Assembly (NCBI GenBank): GCA_009859145.1
Contig: VRVR01000017.1
Location: forward strand, 126,607 to 190,606
DNA from: Andalucia godoyi And28
Taxonomy: Eukaryota; Protista; Jakobida
Reading direction: 5' to 3'
Length of the DNA stretch: 64,000 nucleotides
Shown: positions 63,080-64,000 of the stretch, piece by piece
Numbering within the stretch: the stretch's first letter is position 1
Layout: every line of letters starts with the position of its first letter
Notes under the pieces: model-generated
The model's database searches: none
Told to the model about the DNA's origin: nothing
The model's input: only the letters and a program-made list of their open reading frames with translations
Translations under genes and position numbers: made by a program

Positions 63080-64000
63080 ATGTTTCGCCAAGCTGTTCGT
63101 CAGTCTACTGCGCTTTTTGCGCGGCGCGTGTCGACTGGATCGTCGTCCTCGTTTTCCCGGGCGTCTGGGTTCTGCAAGTCGACGACGGTGCTTGCTGCAG
63201 TCGGACTTGCGTCTGCAGCGACTCTTGCGCTGAGCTCTTCTTTTCTTGCGAACTCCAACCAGGGGCTGTTTGCAGAGGAAACACAAGTTGCGGAAGAGGA
63301 GCAGGCAAACGAAGCAGTCGAGACCACTTCGTCATCGCCGCAGGGATCTGCCGAGTCGACCTCAAACAGCGAGGCCGCGAGTAAGGGCAGTGCATCGGAA
63401 GCGGCGGAGGTAGCGCTGGAGTCTGAGTACCCGTATGTAATTGTGGGAATGGGGACGGCGGGATATGCGGCAGCAAAGGCAATTTTGTCGCGTGATCCGG
63501 AAGCGAAGATTCTGATGATTGGCGACGAGGGCTACAGCCCGTACATGCGCCCTCCTCTTTCCAAGGAGCTTTGGACGACCGGGGCTGCTGATGTTGCCGA
63601 GACTCTTTCGTTTGTGGATTGGCAGGGTCGCCGTACGCATGTCTTTTATGATCCGTTCCACGCCAATCATTCTGTGCGCATGCTCAAGGGACACAAGGTG
63701 ATTTCGATGGATGTTGGTGAGCATGAGCTGCAGTTGGACGATGGCCGAAAGGTCAAGTACCACCGCTGTGTCATTGCGACGGGCGGGACGCCACGGACAC
63801 TGCCTGTGGTTCCTGAATCAATCAAGCAGCACGTTTCCACGTATCGTACTGTGGACGATTTCCGTACGTTGGATGCCGTGACTCGTCGTGGTGGCCGCAT
63901 TGTCGTCGTTGGAGGATCGTTCTTGGGAACGGAGGTTGCATATGCGATTGCGTCGACAAAGTCGGAACGCCAGGGGACCTCTGTCGTTTCTGTGTATCCG
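63080..64000 (+). CDS. AIFM1: Apoptosis-inducing factor (AIF)-type mitochondrial flavoprotein, 3'-truncated; absent from the ORF track
   Basis: From ATG 63080: MFRQAVRQSTALFARRVS presequence, hydrophobic anchor, acidic linker, then YVIVGMGTAGYAAA, PYMRPPLSKELW, CVIATGGTPR, YRTVDDF, IVVVGGSFLGTEVA. Confidence 0.9.
   Translation, partial: MFRQAVRQSTALFARRVSTGSSSSFSRASGFCKSTTVLAAVGLASAATLALSSSFLANSNQGLFAEETQVAEEEQANEAVETTSSSPQGSAESTSNSEAASKGSASEAAEVALESEYPYVIVGMGTAGYAAAKAILSRDPEAKILMIGDEGYSPYMRPPLSKELWTTGAADVAETLSFVDWQGRRTHVFYDPFHANHSVRMLKGHKVISMDVGEHELQLDDGRKVKYHRCVIATGGTPRTLPVVPESIKQHVSTYRTVDDFRTLDAVTRRGGRIVVVGGSFLGTEVAYAIASTKSERQGTSVVSVYP

Noticed and set aside
62706-63482. ORF-track ORFs around 62706-63482
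   Set aside because: Low-complexity intergenic or alternative-frame products; the real gene is AIF starting at ATG 63080, which has no stop inside the window.
1-64000. Alternative genetic code, tRNA/rRNA genes, CRISPR arrays
   Set aside because: Conserved proteins end at TAA, TAG or TGA in the expected positions; I recognised no tRNA cloverleaf, rRNA or repeat-spacer array (no scanner was run).

Overview
A 64-kb window of a compact, intron-poor nuclear genome from a eukaryotic microbe with mitochondria; the lineage cannot be named from the sequence alone. About 22 protein genes are recognisable: FARSB (partial), RER1, a TTI2-like HEAT protein, taxilin, TOR, a KY-like transglutaminase/peptidase, HMGCL, VPS28, a UBL+STI1 protein, PTEN, cytoplasmic dynein heavy chain 1, RPP21, AP-3 mu, RPL28, Pet127, TPLATE (TSET), cathepsin L-like protease, exportin-7, DCAF4-like, AIF (partial) and several hypotheticals. 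All 8 introns I could reconstruct start with GTATGY. The most interesting signal is a Fanzor2/TnpB (OMEGA) family present three times. Two near-identical ~420-bp non-autonomous elements (20213-20639, 56119-56537) share one internal deletion that fuses the N-terminal wedge strand to the C-terminal RuvC-III motif. Both retain a hairpin-rich, omega-RNA-like 3' region, and their flanks are unexpectedly similar. A third, diverged relic (41924-42633) keeps the Zn-ribbon/RuvC-III motif. Two other degenerate dispersed repeat families and two candidate structured elements lie in gene-poor islands.
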